DNA of 64,000 nucleotides from Octopus bimaculoides (lineage: Eukaryota): positions 1,341,367 through 1,405,366 of the forward strand of contig NC_068987.1 in assembly GCF_001194135.2 (NCBI RefSeq), written 5' to 3'. The position numbers were made by a program, and so were the translations under genes. The notes under the pieces are model-generated. The model was not told the DNA's origin. It ran no database searches and was given only the letters and a program-made list of their open reading frames with translations. Shown here piece by piece: positions 36,498-50,751 of the stretch. Positions within the stretch are counted from its first letter, which is position 1. Each line of letters starts with the position of its first letter.

Positions 36498-37836
36498 TCG
36501 TGGACAAATATCCGTCAAATGTAAATAATGTACGTAATTCCTCATCTCTTAAATATAGAACTGTAATATGTTGTAATTTAACTCTATGTCGTACGCCATT
36601 AGTCACGAAGCTTTCTTTAAATCTCGTTGCTTATTTTGGGCTGGATTTTTGTTGTCCCATCTCGATGGCTTGTTGGTACCACATGTGTCCAACAGTTCGG
36701 TCTGCAGCTTTGATCGTAAGCCCAATGTACTTGTTCCAGCGTTTGTCGAAAATATTTTTGACCAATGAGTCACGTGTATCGCGGGGATTTTTGTTTCGGA
36801 TGGTGCAACAAGTGAGTCATACACCGAACAATAACGTTCGCTGCCTTTTATGTTCTCTGTCTGATATTCGACATATTTTTGCAAACATGGCTTTAAAGGG
36901 TGAGCGTAAGACTGTGGTGAATGAAACACATAACCACTATTTCTAATTCAATATCTAACTCTCATTTGGGAAGCTATATCGATGAAATGCTAGAAATTAA
37001 GCTATTTACGTTAGTTAATGTGTCACATAGGCTAAGGTTTAGAAATAGCAGTTGAATATACCCCAGACAGATCTGAAAACGAAGGGTATATTAAAAGAAT
37101 GTGGTGCTAGATATACAAAATAACTGGAAGATCCATTGGAGATTCATTGATCATTAATACGCATCATCGAGCTTGACTTGCGCTTAAGCAACAACGGAGA
37201 CCATAATACATCTTCTTTAACATTTGATGGAATGTTATACTTAAGGCTTCAAAAAATAACAAACAAATATTCTTCAGAAATACTAACCACCATTGATCTT
37301 TTGCCGAATGAGAAAGTGAAATCTATTTATGAATGTCAAGCGCTTGTAAAAGGCAGGTCTCATTTCAGAAATTGTGTTTATCTTTATGTTTATATTTAAA
37401 TTTTTCTGTTTAAATGTTTTGGCAGTTTAGCCTTTAACAGCTTCGCATTCAATTTTGCATCTATTTCAAATAGAACACACACACATACACACACGAAGGT
37501 AGTTCAAAATTTTCCCATCATTTGTACTCTCCTCCTCCATCCTCTCTCAAACAGTCATCTCTCACTCTACATTTTTCTCACCCTTAATTTTTCTCTTCTT
37601 ACGTGTCATTTATTTATTTTTAAAAACCTATTTATACCTCTCCTAGCGATGTTCCCTTCTGCGTTCCTCTCGGTGGCCGCAAGTCAATTCCACTTCATAT
37701 ACTTACGACACAAACTAATTACTACTTCAAAAACACAATACTATCAGTGACGCACAATATACACATATAAATACACGCATTCATATACATACACATATAT
37801 ATGGATATTCATACTGACTACATTCACACACGCATG

Positions 37837-37899
<63 letters not shown>

Positions 37900-38679
37900 A
37901 ATTATATATGTATGTAGAGAGAGAAAGAGAAAGAGACTCAGAGTAGTTCCACACATATATTTCTTTCTCAGTTTCCTTTTCTTTCCTCGTCTTCGTTTCC
38001 TGTTCTATCTTCGGCGTTCCACATAACACGCACTCATATATCTCTGTGTTTGAGTCCAAAACATACACACAAGTGCAGGCACACACACATATACACGAAC
38101 ACCATACACACACAGCTACACGTTTACTCACATATATACAAAATATATGTACATACATACAAATATACATATATACACACATACATATATGCTCGTACAC
38201 ATATACGCACATATATAGATATACATATACACACATATATAGATATACATATACACTCACAACCACATATATATCTACGTATACAAATATATATATATGT
38301 ATACATGTGTGTGTGTGTGTGTAGGCACACACACACATGTCAATACGTACATATTACAATCGATTTTTGAGCGGTAACTTGCAATTGCCAGTTCTAATTA
38401 ACAAGCCTGGGCGTCAAATTAGGCCTGAGTCCAGCGATTAATATATGTACTGTTCCCAAATTGATCACTTCAACGAGAATGGAATAGAAAATGTCAGGCG
38501 AGAAATTAGAAATACGTGCAGTTTTTTTTTTTTTGTCTTTTCCTTTTTCACATACTTCTGGTATGTGTGTTCGTCTCGTCTTTTCTGCTACTTTTCTTCA
38601 TCATTTCCCCTTCATTTTGTCTAGTTTGCTATTTATTACCTTTGCTGCTAGAAAATGTCTATTTAAAAAAAAAAAAATA

Positions 38680-38723
<44 letters not shown>

Positions 38724-39087
38724 CGCAAAATAGCAGGTAACAACGGTGATATATACTGAGCTGGAGGATATTTTTCTGGATATTGTATTTGCATATTATA
38801 TATTGTTGTTTTCATTATATCTTCTTGTGTTACTTTCTCGTTTTTTCTTCTTTTTTTTTTTCATAGTTTTTCAATTCTGAATATTTTTTTTGTTTTGTTT
38901 TGTTTCTCTTTCTCTTCTGTTTGTCAGGAATTATGTTCTAAATGAAAGATGAAAGTAGTCTCTTCCTCGCAATTGGTATCGAATAACAATGTGTGCCAAC
39001 ATCTCTCCCTACCCTAATCCATCTCTCTCTCTACACACACTACACAAATAGAAATTCACACTTGTGTGCACAAAAACAGTGAAATAT

Positions 39088-39335
39088 AGGGGAGCACGCA
39101 TGACTGGATGGTTTAGAAAATCACTTCGCAATCACGATTTCTGGGTTCGATCCTGTTACGAGTGACGTTGAGCAAACAATTGCAACAATATTCTGTAGTT
39201 GTTTCGTCTGTCTTTACGTATTCAGTTCAAATTCCGCTAAGGTAGACTTCTCCCTTCATCGTTTCGGGATCGATAAGTTAAGCAACAGTTGTATATTGGG
39301 GTCGATCTAATCGATTCTTCCCCTCCCCCAAAACT
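39088..39335 (+). mobile_element. Composite SINE: tRNA-like head fused to a family A body
   Basis: gcatgactggatggtttag..gggttcgatcc..ttgagcaa followed by tttcgtctgtctttacg..cagttcaaattccgc..cttcatcgtttcgggatcgataa..ggggtcgatctaatcga. Confidence 0.6.
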
Positions 39336-39354
39336 GCATGTCATTCGTTTCAGC

Positions 39355-39549
39355 CGACTTGTCATCAGGGTTTCGTGTCGCCTGTGAACATTTTGTGTCT
39401 TCTGCATAACTTGTGATCGTGGCTGTCTGTGTAGCTGAGAGCATACCTGAGAAGACCGTTATGAACAGCAGTGGTCGCAAAACAGAGCCTTGCGGAACAC
39501 TGCTCACTATTTGCCTACCATTGGAGGTGGCTCCATTGCCTACTACCAC
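39355..39549 (-). mobile_element. CR1/L2/Jockey-type LINE RT fragment
   Basis: SSVPQGSVLRPLLFI...ITSYAEDTK corresponds to SGVPQGSVLGPLLF..YADDTK (RT domains 4-5). Confidence 0.85.
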
Positions 39550-39628
39550 CTCACTTCTATCCTTCAGAAAGTCATGAAGCCATTCTCCCAGATTTCCGAC
39601 TATGCCGAGTTATTCAGTTTGTGACATA

Positions 39629-39728
<100 letters not shown>

Positions 39729-40139
39729 GTGCTCTTTAGCCTTAGGTCATCAGGTCAGTCCTGATGGATTACACCTATTATCAAACCAGCGGGAATCATC
39801 GTAATTTTGTTGTGATTAAGTCACATGAAGAAACATTATTTCAAATATTTCCATCTATTATTTTAAAAGCTGGAAACGTGCCATTTAATAGGCATTTCGT
39901 AGTTATTTCTCGCACTTCTACTGACCCTGTAGAAGCTATACTTAACTGTGAAGTTATTCACGTATAATTACCAGAACAGAAGGGAAAATTTGCTAAACTA
40001 TGCTACTCTGCGCTCCGAAATTTTAAATGTTATTTTCAACAAAATATGTTTGGGAGATACGGTTGTTATTTTTAGCATGCCCAGTGACCAAATATCTGTT
40101 CGGTAATCAAAAGATCTGGCATTAAATAAGTTAATATAT

Positions 40140-40305
40140 GGCGGCGAGCTGGCAGAAACGGTAGTACGCCGGGCGAAATGCTTAGCGGTATTTCGTCTGT
40201 TTTTACATTCTGAGTTCAAATTCCGCCGAAGTCGACTTTGCCTTTTATCCTTTCAGGATCGATAAATCAAGTCCCATTTCGGGCCTTATCCCATCAGTAG
40301 AAAAG
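40140..40305 (+). mobile_element. SINE family A copy
   Basis: ggcggcgagctggcagaaacggtagtacgccgggcgaaatgcttagcggtatttcgtctg..tgagttcaaattccgccgaagtcgactttgcc..cctttcaggatcgataaa. Confidence 0.9.
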
Positions 40306-40829
40306 ATTAAATAAGTTATTATTATAAGTAGAGAGTACTTTTAGTTAATCCCTGGTTGCATACAAGCTGTCTTCCATTTTGTATATCAACATTACTGACC
40401 GACAGATGTAGGTACGACCATTTCTGTTAAATGGCAGTAGACAACTCACAAGAACATTGAACACTTATAACATTTCAATGGCAGTTTTGGAATAGCAAAA
40501 TTGAATTCTATTAATCTTGGAATATTATCCACTGCAAAATAGTAGTAATGAACGGTTTGGTGACATTGCTATCTTCGCCATCTTGAATTTGCACCATCTT
40601 GCACTGTAAATATCTAACAGATATACTTGCGTTTTACGTTTGTTTATACAGGCAAAGTTGACGTTATATGTTGTAATATGGTTAAAATTAGCGACCAGGA
40701 ACTTTATTTCAACTGCATTGCTATCAACCATATTATCAAATATCAGCCATATGTGTGGCGGTATTATTTTAAATACATTCATATATATATATATTTACAT
40801 CCATGCATCCATACATATATGTATGGATG

Positions 40830-40905
<76 letters not shown>

Positions 40906-41749
40906 CGTGTGTGTGTGTATGTGTGTGTGTGTGTGTAATATCTTCGCCAATTGTTAAATGATACAGTACAAGAGTATATAATTTAAGTCCTAACAGAAAA
41001 ATGCACAAGTAGTGAGCAGATTACAACATATGGTTTACAAGAAATGTTCAGAAGAGAAAAACACAAAGAATCATAAAAAAAGAACACTGAGTTGCCACAT
41101 GTATGTTTGTTCATATGCGTACATATATATATATATATATACCTACACACATATATACATGTGTATGCATATACAGCATAGGCCATATATAGTGTAGAGT
41201 ATATATATGTGTGTATTGAGTAGGCTCAAAACGTAAAAGTCTTTTCCATCTTTCCCGAACGTTAAAAGAATAGACCTGCTTGTTCCTACACCTGTCTTCG
41301 TCTTTTCTTTTCTGTAAATTTAAACTATATGTATATAGATATATATAATACATACATATATATATATAATACATACATATATATATATAATACATACATA
41401 TTTATATATTTGATCCTTTATATTGAACATTCAATATTTCATCTACATTCAATACTTTCTTTCATGGTGCCATCCATTTTTATTTTATTTTATTTTATAT
41501 TATATATTATATATTATATTATATATTGTATATTCCATATTCTATACCCCACATTGGTTCTGCAGGAATATAAATAAAACATAAAAAACAGACAGTGTTG
41601 GAACNNNNNNNNNNNNNNNNNNNNNNATATATACACCCATACATACACGGGCACAATTTTTGTTCTCTTTTGAAACCTGATGATATCGTGTTTTCGTAAC
41701 TGGAAACATCGCAAACAAGAGTATGAGTTACTCCAGCGAAGGTACATCA

Positions 41750-41795
<46 letters not shown>

Positions 41796-42019
41796 GAGAA
41801 CTGGTGCCAAATGCTGAATGACGTGCGTAATAAATACGGAATTATCAAACATTTATATCACTTAAACGGTAAACTGACGACCAGCAGTAATTGCTACTGG
41901 AGTTGAGTGAGAAAAGGAGATGATTTCCAGTATGTAATGGCCATACTGGAGGAAAGTGAACACATGCATATAATGCATGTATTCATACATACACGTACGT
42001 ACGTACGCACACACACACG

Positions 42020-42051
<32 letters not shown>

Positions 42052-44149
42052 GAGAGAAAGAGAAATATATAGATATAAACATACATACACATTTTTATAC
42101 GTACACTTGCATACGCACATAGGAAGTGATTGACATATTCATATACGAATGCGTGTGACTGAGAGAGAGAGAGAGAGGGGGAGAGAGAAAGAGAGAGAGA
42201 GAAAGAGAAAAGAAGAGAAAGAGAGTGTGCTTTTGTGTGTGTCTATTGTGCGACTGTCCCTTTTTTAAATTCGAAGTGTAGGCAACCTTTAACTACGAGA
42301 GCAATCCCGTAGCAACTAAAATCTGAAGTAGATCACAACAAGACGGAGAAACATAAGCCATTACTCAACATCATTTAGATATAATTCATCTATTCCCTTC
42401 AGTTCCGGAATATTGCAGTTTTGATCAGGAAAATTAGGAAAAATAGTATTAAAGCTAAAAGACTGCAAAATCTCTGCGAATGTCATTAGTTTTGTGGGAG
42501 AACAGGTTTGCAGCACATTTTGTTTATCGATGAGTTACATGGAAGTGGAAAAAGGGCTAAAAGTTATTTAAATTTCAAATGTGATTAACAGTCAGTATTA
42601 TTGATTATGATGGGAGAATATTTTCAAACGTAATTTTATTTAATTTTTTTTTATAGAATTCCATTGTTTAAAATTCACATCTTAAGAAAATTAATCGAAT
42701 TTTTAGTTTTAATGCATCGCAAGTCGGCAAATTTTAAAGCATGTATTATAAAAATAGAAGACTCTTGTATAAGGGAACAGAATAAAAGGAAATTGGTTCA
42801 CTGAAGAATTAATCTAACAGCATTCCTGATTATTGCTTCGTTACACAAAGACTAGGTTAAAAATATATTTGAGTATAACTATATGTAGAACGTGGAATCG
42901 ATCATCTACAATATGCGACAAACATGGAATAATCTCCCTTGAGCTACGAAGGGACTCGCTATTAATATTCTCAATCACTTTAAATTTACCTCCTACAAAA
43001 TTGTTGCAGCAATTTTTAACAACTTTCAAAGAAAACGACAAAATAATTCTAAGTAAGAACGGGTTAATTTCACAGAAAATTTAATCACCATATCTTTGGA
43101 CAGGTCTCTCAGTTTAATATTCTGATTCTATACGTACTTACCCATACATAATAAACACGTATGTTTTTGATTCAAGAACTAAAATGAATAGTGGTAGATA
43201 AATGTTGTCTCGATTTTGTCATTTGTGTAAATCTGTTGATTCATTCCTTTGCGACTCACGTTTTCGTTGTTTTCGATCTTATCGACGACGGCACAAATGT
43301 TGACGCCTGAAGACATCAATCGAACCTTGAGTACAAACTAATCGGCGTACAAGGGCTGTGCAAACAAATACATAAGAAGTTTGGCCACTTGATGAACCCA
43401 ACACATTTCGATCAATCTAATCTGAGTCATAATACTACTAATTGTTTGATTCACATCAAACATCTTCTAATGTGATTTCAAGTATATTTAGCTTCTATTT
43501 CCTGTAAATCCAACAGCTGCGCACAAGTTCCCGTTTGAAATGTTTTTCACGCCAGAATATAACTGGTTGAGCAGAAATTCGTTGAAAGGCGTTCCAGCCA
43601 TGACTTAATAGTATATCTCTAAATTTAAATTTATACTATTCAATAATGTACCCTTCCTATTTTATGGTATTAGTACGCGATCTTGGAGATTTTGACTGTC
43701 ATTTCTAGCAGGATCAACGATAATGTAGAGACGTATTTTGGAATATTGTCAGAAATGCAACGTTGCAATTACTGTTGCATTGTTGTGTTATTCTTTCCCT
43801 TGCTCTGGATGGGAAGGAAACCGCTACCACCACCACCGCCAAAGTTCTGGAATCCTCTGCCACTGACACCACAATAGATATACTGAAATTAGTGTCTGTT
43901 CTGAAAGTAGAAAGGAAACAAATAGCGATTACCAATCGGCCATAACTCCACACAAGTATATATGCCTGTTACAGTTATATATGTCTCAATAATAATAATA
44001 ATAATATATAATGATGATGATGATAATGGTTGTGATTAGACGATTCGTGGACCACAATGCTTGCAAAGCAATGGACTGTGTTCAAGTTATCCAAATTCCA
44101 AGTGATGGTATTAAACTCTGATAAACACTCAAGTCTACAACCCAATGAT

Positions 44150-44420
44150 TATTGCTAAGATAAAAATTGCAATGGATTTGAGGGAGTCTAGATTCCACTA
44201 GATGACCTAAATATTTGATTGGATCTGATTTTAAAGGGTCGCAGAAAATTAATGATAGAATCGGCTGGGATTCAACGCAAAATGCAAAGTGACAAGTAAA
44301 TGCAAGACATACTGATCGTTCCACCAATGATTTTTTTTCTTAGTCTTCACTGTGTCCATAAACAAAAGACTAATCACTAACAGACAGGATTTACAGACCT
44401 TGTGATCAATCCCCGATACT
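44150..44420 (-). mobile_element. Decayed non-LTR RT remnant
   Basis: FALNPSRF and LKSDPIKYLG resemble RT domain 6/7 motifs (N.SKC; ..KYLG). Confidence 0.3.
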
Positions 44421-44472
44421 CTACCGATCGATTGACTCATGCCATTGTCGTTGTAATATGTGACACTATTAA

Positions 44473-44680
44473 GATGGCGAGCTGGCAGAGTCGCTTGCAC
44501 GTTAGGCGAATTGCTTAGCGGTATTTCGTCTTTGTTTACGTTCTGAGTTCAAATTCCGCTGAGGTTGACTTAGCTTTTCATCCTTTTGGGGTCGATAAAT
44601 TAATTACCAGTTCCGAACTGCGGTTGATCTAATCGACTGACCCCCTCCCAAAACATTTCGGGCCTTGTGCCTAACAGGAA
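44473..44680 (+). mobile_element. SINE family A copy (near full length)
   Basis: atggcgagctggcagag..cttagcggtatttcgtc..ttctgagttcaaattccgctgagg..tttcatccttttggggtcgataaattaattaccag..gatctaatcgactgacccccctcc..tttcgggccttgtgcct. Confidence 0.9.
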
Positions 44681-46284
44681 AAAATATTATTGCTCATGCT
44701 TTGCCCTCGATCGATTTCGATCCATCTACCTTATGGCCCAATGTACCGTATTTTAGTCATGGCGTATGTGTTTACAGGGGTTTGTAATTCTATATTGTCT
44801 TATGCATCTTTTCATTATTGAAGACAGTATATGAAGGTGTTGCAGTTGTACTTTCTATTAAATATGAGTACCCACTGATATGTAACCCCTGTCACATATA
44901 TAAGTGAATATAAATATATTATACAAAGAAATTCTTTTTTCAATAATGTCATTCTTTAAAATTATCTAATAGCAATGGCTATGTTATATAAAATTGCTTG
45001 CTTAATAACATGGTAAATAGATTTGGGGATATATTTTAATGAAAAATCATCAAATTTATTTTGAAACACCAAATATTCCCGTTTTGACAGATTCGGAAAC
45101 AGAATCACTAAAGTCGCTTCTAGCAGATGGTTACTTCCCGGAAAATTTGATATGGTAATAAAATCCATTCGTTAACGTTGCTGACAAGAGTGAAGTGGGC
45201 TTCACAGAGGCTGACATTTTGTGACAGCCTCAGATTGGTACATTAATTTATTTATGAATTTATTTAGTTATTCTAATCCCTTTTGATTAGCTGAATAGTA
45301 GCTAATTACTATTCTGCCAGTTCGCTCATATTTTTCTCTCACCAGTATATATATTTATATGTATCTGAATGTCTGTGTGTACGTGTCCTACTAAATGAGT
45401 AATGTTTTCACAAAATGTCAAATCTCTATCAGGGTTTAAAACATTCTTTACATTTGTCAACAATATTAATGAATTCATTTTTACACGATAAACATATTTG
45501 CGGCGTTCCATATGAATTTTATACGTACATACTTAGATATGTGTGTGAGTTTGTACATGTACGTGCAGTGTGCTAATGTGTGCGCGTGTATCTGTAAATG
45601 CATATAGATAACGGCATATATGGAAATAGGTATGTAGGTCGATAAGCAGGCCGGCGGGCAGACAGACAGATGGATAAATATTTACGTACACATTCCCTCA
45701 TGCACCATTCACTGTAGCACAGTCCACAGTGCATTATCGAATAATATAAAGGCTCTTCAGTAATCAAATGAAATATTTGTGAAGCCACACAAATGGTTGT
45801 GAATAAACACACCAAAAAAGGGAGTATGTGAAGTGATTACGGCCACAATAACCTTTGTTGAAACAGCCTCTGCAGCGATCACAACTGTACTAATCGTTTA
45901 TATATATTTCTTGATTAAGCTAATCAATTGTATAGCTACAAAGGAATTGTTTAAAAATTCAGTCATTCAACAAGATCTTTTGCATCGATTAAAAATCACA
46001 AACCAATATTTGTTGATAATTGTACAGTTAGAGAGATCAGGTCACTGAAAACTGATCTTAAATCATATTTGATGATATTTATAACAGTGTTCAGTACAAT
46101 ACAGCATAGTCAATTCGAACGAACAGCACAGCTGTTATAAATTTGGCTACATCTATGCAAGAAGATCAAGAAACTGGTACTCAATTTGAGACGATAGACT
46201 CTTACGCCTCTATTTCTAAATCTCTGTTAATAAGGAAGTTACGTATCTCCAGATCCCTTAAGACAATCACCGATACAGACATAT

Positions 46285-46530
46285 ATGTGGTCTGATCAAA
46301 AAGCATCGGCTCTGATACTCTAAACAGATATTACAACACATATAAATTTGACATTTACTTCCCTTCGAAGCAGTCCTTTCTGGAGCCACACACTTTATTC
46401 ATGGAAGCATTTTTGGAACTCTGTTTTTTTCCCCAGGATACTCACGTCACATCACTTTCAAAAGGGATTTGATTTTTGAAAAGAAGTTTCAAGGGTGAGA
46501 TCTGGGGAATATGGTAGTTGTCGGCGCTGG
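46285..46530 (-). mobile_element. Mariner 3' remnant
   Basis: Minus-strand QLPYSPDL (mariner YSPDL motif). The terminal tgtggtctgatcaaaaag resembles the TIR of the 19363-20133 element. Confidence 0.6.
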
Positions 46531-46544
46531 GGAAAGCTAGATTG

Positions 46545-46690
46545 TTAAATAGATAGCTAGTTAGATAGAGAGATAGATAAATAGATGCAGACAGAAAAAT
46601 AGAGAGATAGATAGATAGACAAACAGATAGACAGACAGATAGATAGACAGATAGAGAGATAAATAGATACAGAGAGACAGACAGACAGAC

Positions 46691-46721
<31 letters not shown>

Positions 46722-46727
46722 CAGACG
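46545..46727. repeat. Compound (AGAT)/(AGAC) tetranucleotide repeat
   Basis: Seen directly. Confidence 0.9.
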
Positions 46728-47450
46728 TAAGCATGTATCCAGTGGCAGCGACTAGAACATTTTACTGTCTATATAATACGAAGAATATAGCCGAACAATA
46801 AGAAATTAGCAGGACGTCTGTAGAAGTATGGAAGATATAATATATTGTAGATAAGAGTTAGGTAGCGATGTTTTTGGTTTATCAATAGATTTAGCAAATT
46901 GAGATAATCTCTAGCATTACTAAGTTGATGAAACGAAAACCAAATCATAAATATAGCAGCGTGGTGATATTAAATTGATAAATTTGCATCGTAAAATGTG
47001 CTTCATTTAGTCGCATAGCTGCTATTACATAATGTTATATGTAATATATTATGATTACATATTAGTATATACACATGGGCAGATTAATACGAACTATAAA
47101 CCTCAGAAGATCAGTGCTTGTATTTATTTGTTGGTGTCATTGTTCGTATGTACCGCCTCACCGTTTCTCTCTCTCTCTCTCTGTCTCGCTGTCTCTCTAT
47201 CTCCGTCTCTTTCTCCTTTGCTATATACGCATACATAAATAAGAATATATATATACATACACACACATGCATAGATATATGTATATACATGTTTATGTAT
47301 ATAATTCTATACATATATGCGTGTATGTGTGTGTGTTATGTGTATGTATGTCTGTATGCATGTATGTATGTATCAGCGCATTCTGTATACATGCAAAGCG
47401 AACTGTCTCGCTTAATCTGACTCACTTTATATGAATGTGTATATTTATAT

Positions 47451-47481
<31 letters not shown>

Positions 47482-48306
47482 NNNNNNNNNNNNNNNNNNN
47501 NNNNNNNNNNNNNNNNNNNNNNNNNNNNNNNNNNNNNNNNNNNNNNNNNNNNNNNNNNNNNNNNNNNNNNNNNNNNNNNNNNNNNNNNNNNNNNNNNNNN
47601 NNNNNNNNNNNNNNNNNNNNNNNNNNNNNNNNNNNNNNNNNNNNNNNNNNNNNNNNNNNNNNNNNNNNNNNNNNNNNNNNNNNNNNNNNNNNNNNNNNNN
47701 NNNNNNNNNNNNNNNNNNNNNNNNNNNNNNNNNNNNNNNNNNNNNNNNNNNNNNNNNNNNNNNNNNNNNNNNNNNNNNNNNNNNNNNNNNNNNNNNNNNN
47801 NNNNNNNNNNNNNNNNNNNNNNNNNNNNNNNNNNNNNNNNNNNNNNNNNNNNNNNNNNNNNNNNNNNNNNNNNNNNNNNNNNNNNNNNNNNNNNNNNNNN
47901 NNNNNNNNNNNNNNNNNNNNNNNNNNNNNNNNNNNNNNNNNNNNNNNNNNNNNNNNNNNNNNNNNNNNNNNNNNNNNNNNNNNNNNNNNNNNNNNNNNNN
48001 NNNNNNNNNNNNNNNNNNNNNNNNNNNNNNNNNNNNNNNNNNNNNNNNNNNNNNNNNNNNNNNNNNNNNCATTATCGATATTAAAATATACCAATATAGG
48101 TAAGATTACGAAGAAAGAAACGAGAAAAATTAAAAATTAAAAACAAGCCAAAAAATGTACAAAAGACGACGAGAAAAACAACAATTTTAAGTTTTATCCG
48201 AAAATTTTCAAATCTCTTAACTTGCTTGAAATGATTAAACTAGAATTAATATTTGTACTTTTTTAAAATTTTGTTTGTAGTTTAATTCTATTATTATTAT
48301 TATGAC

Positions 48307-48361
<55 letters not shown>

Positions 48362-48514
48362 CGCAGCAGCAGCAGCAGCTGTATAATTTAAAAAAAAATT
48401 ATGGTTATTATTTTATTCTATTTTACAAAATATCGCCAAATATCAGAATTAGATACAATGTGATCGAGTCATCGATGTTTATTAATATACGTAACGCGTA
48501 CAGCTTACAAGTGT

Positions 48515-48573
<59 letters not shown>

Positions 48574-48715
48574 NNNNNNNNNNNNNNNNNNNNNNNNNNN
48601 NNNNNNNNNNNNNNNNNNNNNNNNNNNNNNNNNNNNNNNNNNNNNNNNNNNNNNNAAGAGTTGAGGAGAAATAAATACTTATAGACAGGTGCGTCTGTAC
48701 GTAGTCATGTGCGTG

Positions 48716-48746
<31 letters not shown>

Positions 48747-50192
48747 ATTTATGAATCAATAACTATTTAGAAAACTGAATTTGGATAAAGAGTGAAAGAT
48801 TTCGACATAGCTGGGTATAGCAATTATTCAAGTGCGGGTCATCACTGATTTCCATTAAGAATGGGATCCTACTTTTTTAGGAGAACAACTCCAACATTTC
48901 ATAGGTTTGTCTAAATAACAAATGCGTTATTCTTGATATAACGACACTATGAAATCCCGTCCGAAAATTCACAGAGTAGCTTTCTTGAGCGTATCTCATT
49001 CTATGAGCTGAGTGCGAATGTAGAAATGCAATCAGATATCTCTATATTGGTCCACCTCATCCATTAGATGTGCATTTCATCTTGGTTATAAACGCCTTGG
49101 CATCCAATTAATAAACTACGGCATGGTGAGCAAACATTAGATTTCGATTCCCGAGAAAACAGAATTCTAACATTTTTTTCTTATTAAGTCTACGGTAACG
49201 GCGTGGATGTGACTAACGTTAAGAATACGTGGAAGAATAAAGAGTAATTCAATACCTACACACAATCATATACATGCATAAATTCATTCTTAAACATACT
49301 CACGCACAGGCACACATACACACATAAATACACACATATACACACACACGTATATGTATGTATGCATATGTGAGTGCGTGAGTTGTGTATGTATCTGTAT
49401 ATAAACTGAGAACAATAATAAGTCTGAAGTGAAAAATAAATATACAGTGCGTGTGTATATGACCACCCCGAAATATAACAATGTGTATAATAAACGAGTT
49501 TGAAAGCAGAGAGATCTAATGGATGCAAATTAGTTTAAATTAATTAACATATTCACCTACAATTGTTTCATTTCTTAACCAAAATTAAAACTACAAAACA
49601 TACATAAATATATAATTTGGCATTTCAAAATACCTTGGATGGAAAATCATCTGCGTGCACAAAGGCCAATCTAAGGATTACGTTATGATCTGTTGGAATA
49701 TTCAGAATATATATTCTGACGATTTTCTATCCATACTATTTAAAAATGCAAAATGTATTTATAGATGTTTTGTAGTTTTAATTTTATCTGAGAAATGAAA
49801 CAATTGGAGGTGATTTTGTTGCTTAATAAAATTAATTTGTAACCATTAGATCACTCTGTTTTCAAATTCGATAATAATACTTAACATTTTACTATATTTT
49901 ATATATTCATTAAAAAATATCTCTTCAAAATACAATATATTAAACCAGTGTATATTGGATAAAAATATCTCTATAAGAGGTTTAAACATCCTCATTGTGA
50001 CTTTATATATATATATACTTATCGAAGATCCCTGAGAGATTGGCACCAAACTTTGACATCGAGAGCTATACCAGGCCGCTAAGTGGACGTCACTGCAGTG
50101 TTCCAAAAGTTCCAGGCATCCCGTTTGGGGTTAGGACCATGTAGTAAAATACACACGCCCACACACACACACGCACAAACAAACATACATAC

Positions 50193-50246
<54 letters not shown>

Positions 50247-50599
50247 NNNNNNNNNNNNNNNNNNNNNNNNNNNNNNNNNNNNNNNNNNNNNNNNNNNNNN
50301 NNNNNNNNNNNNNNNNNNNNNNNNNNNNNNNNNNNNNNNNNNNNNNNNNNNNNNNNNNNNNNNNNNNNNNNNNNNNNNNNNNNNNNNNNNNNNNNNNNNN
50401 NNNNNNNNNNNNNNNNNNNNNNNNNNNNNNNNNNNNNNNNNNNNNNNNNNNNNNNNNNNNNNNNNNNNNNNNNNNNNNNNNNNNNNNNNNNNNNNNNNNN
50501 NNNNNNNNNNNNNNNNNNNNNNNNNNNNNNNNNNNNNNNNNNNNNNNNNNNNNNNNNNNNNNNNNNNNNNNNNNNNNNNNNNNNNNNNNNNNNNNNNNN

Positions 50600-50680
<81 letters not shown>

Positions 50681-50751
50681 CGTGTGTAAAATTTAATCTA
50701 TATCACATACATCGGAAATACTTCTGACAATCTCCACCATTTAATTCTCAC

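Larger units (their letters stand above)
36255..36533 (-). mobile_element. Short PLE-associated unit with 32-bp inverted ends, a hammerhead motif and a tRNA-like head
   Basis: gtacattattttcatttgacggatatttgtcc (36255-36286) is the reverse complement of ggacaaatatccgtcaaatgtaaataatgtac (36502-36533) with one mismatch. Confidence 0.6.

Noticed and set aside
39340-39372. CUGAUGA...GAAAC hammerhead-like boxes on the minus strand
   Set aside because: There is no loop-closing stem II and no stems I or III; it lies at the junction of a LINE RT fragment and a SINE.
43683-43953. Three overlapping short ORFs, some with signal-peptide-like starts
   Set aside because: They use non-ATG or weak starts, show no recognisable domain or convincing splice sites, and are driven partly by a (CCA)n run.
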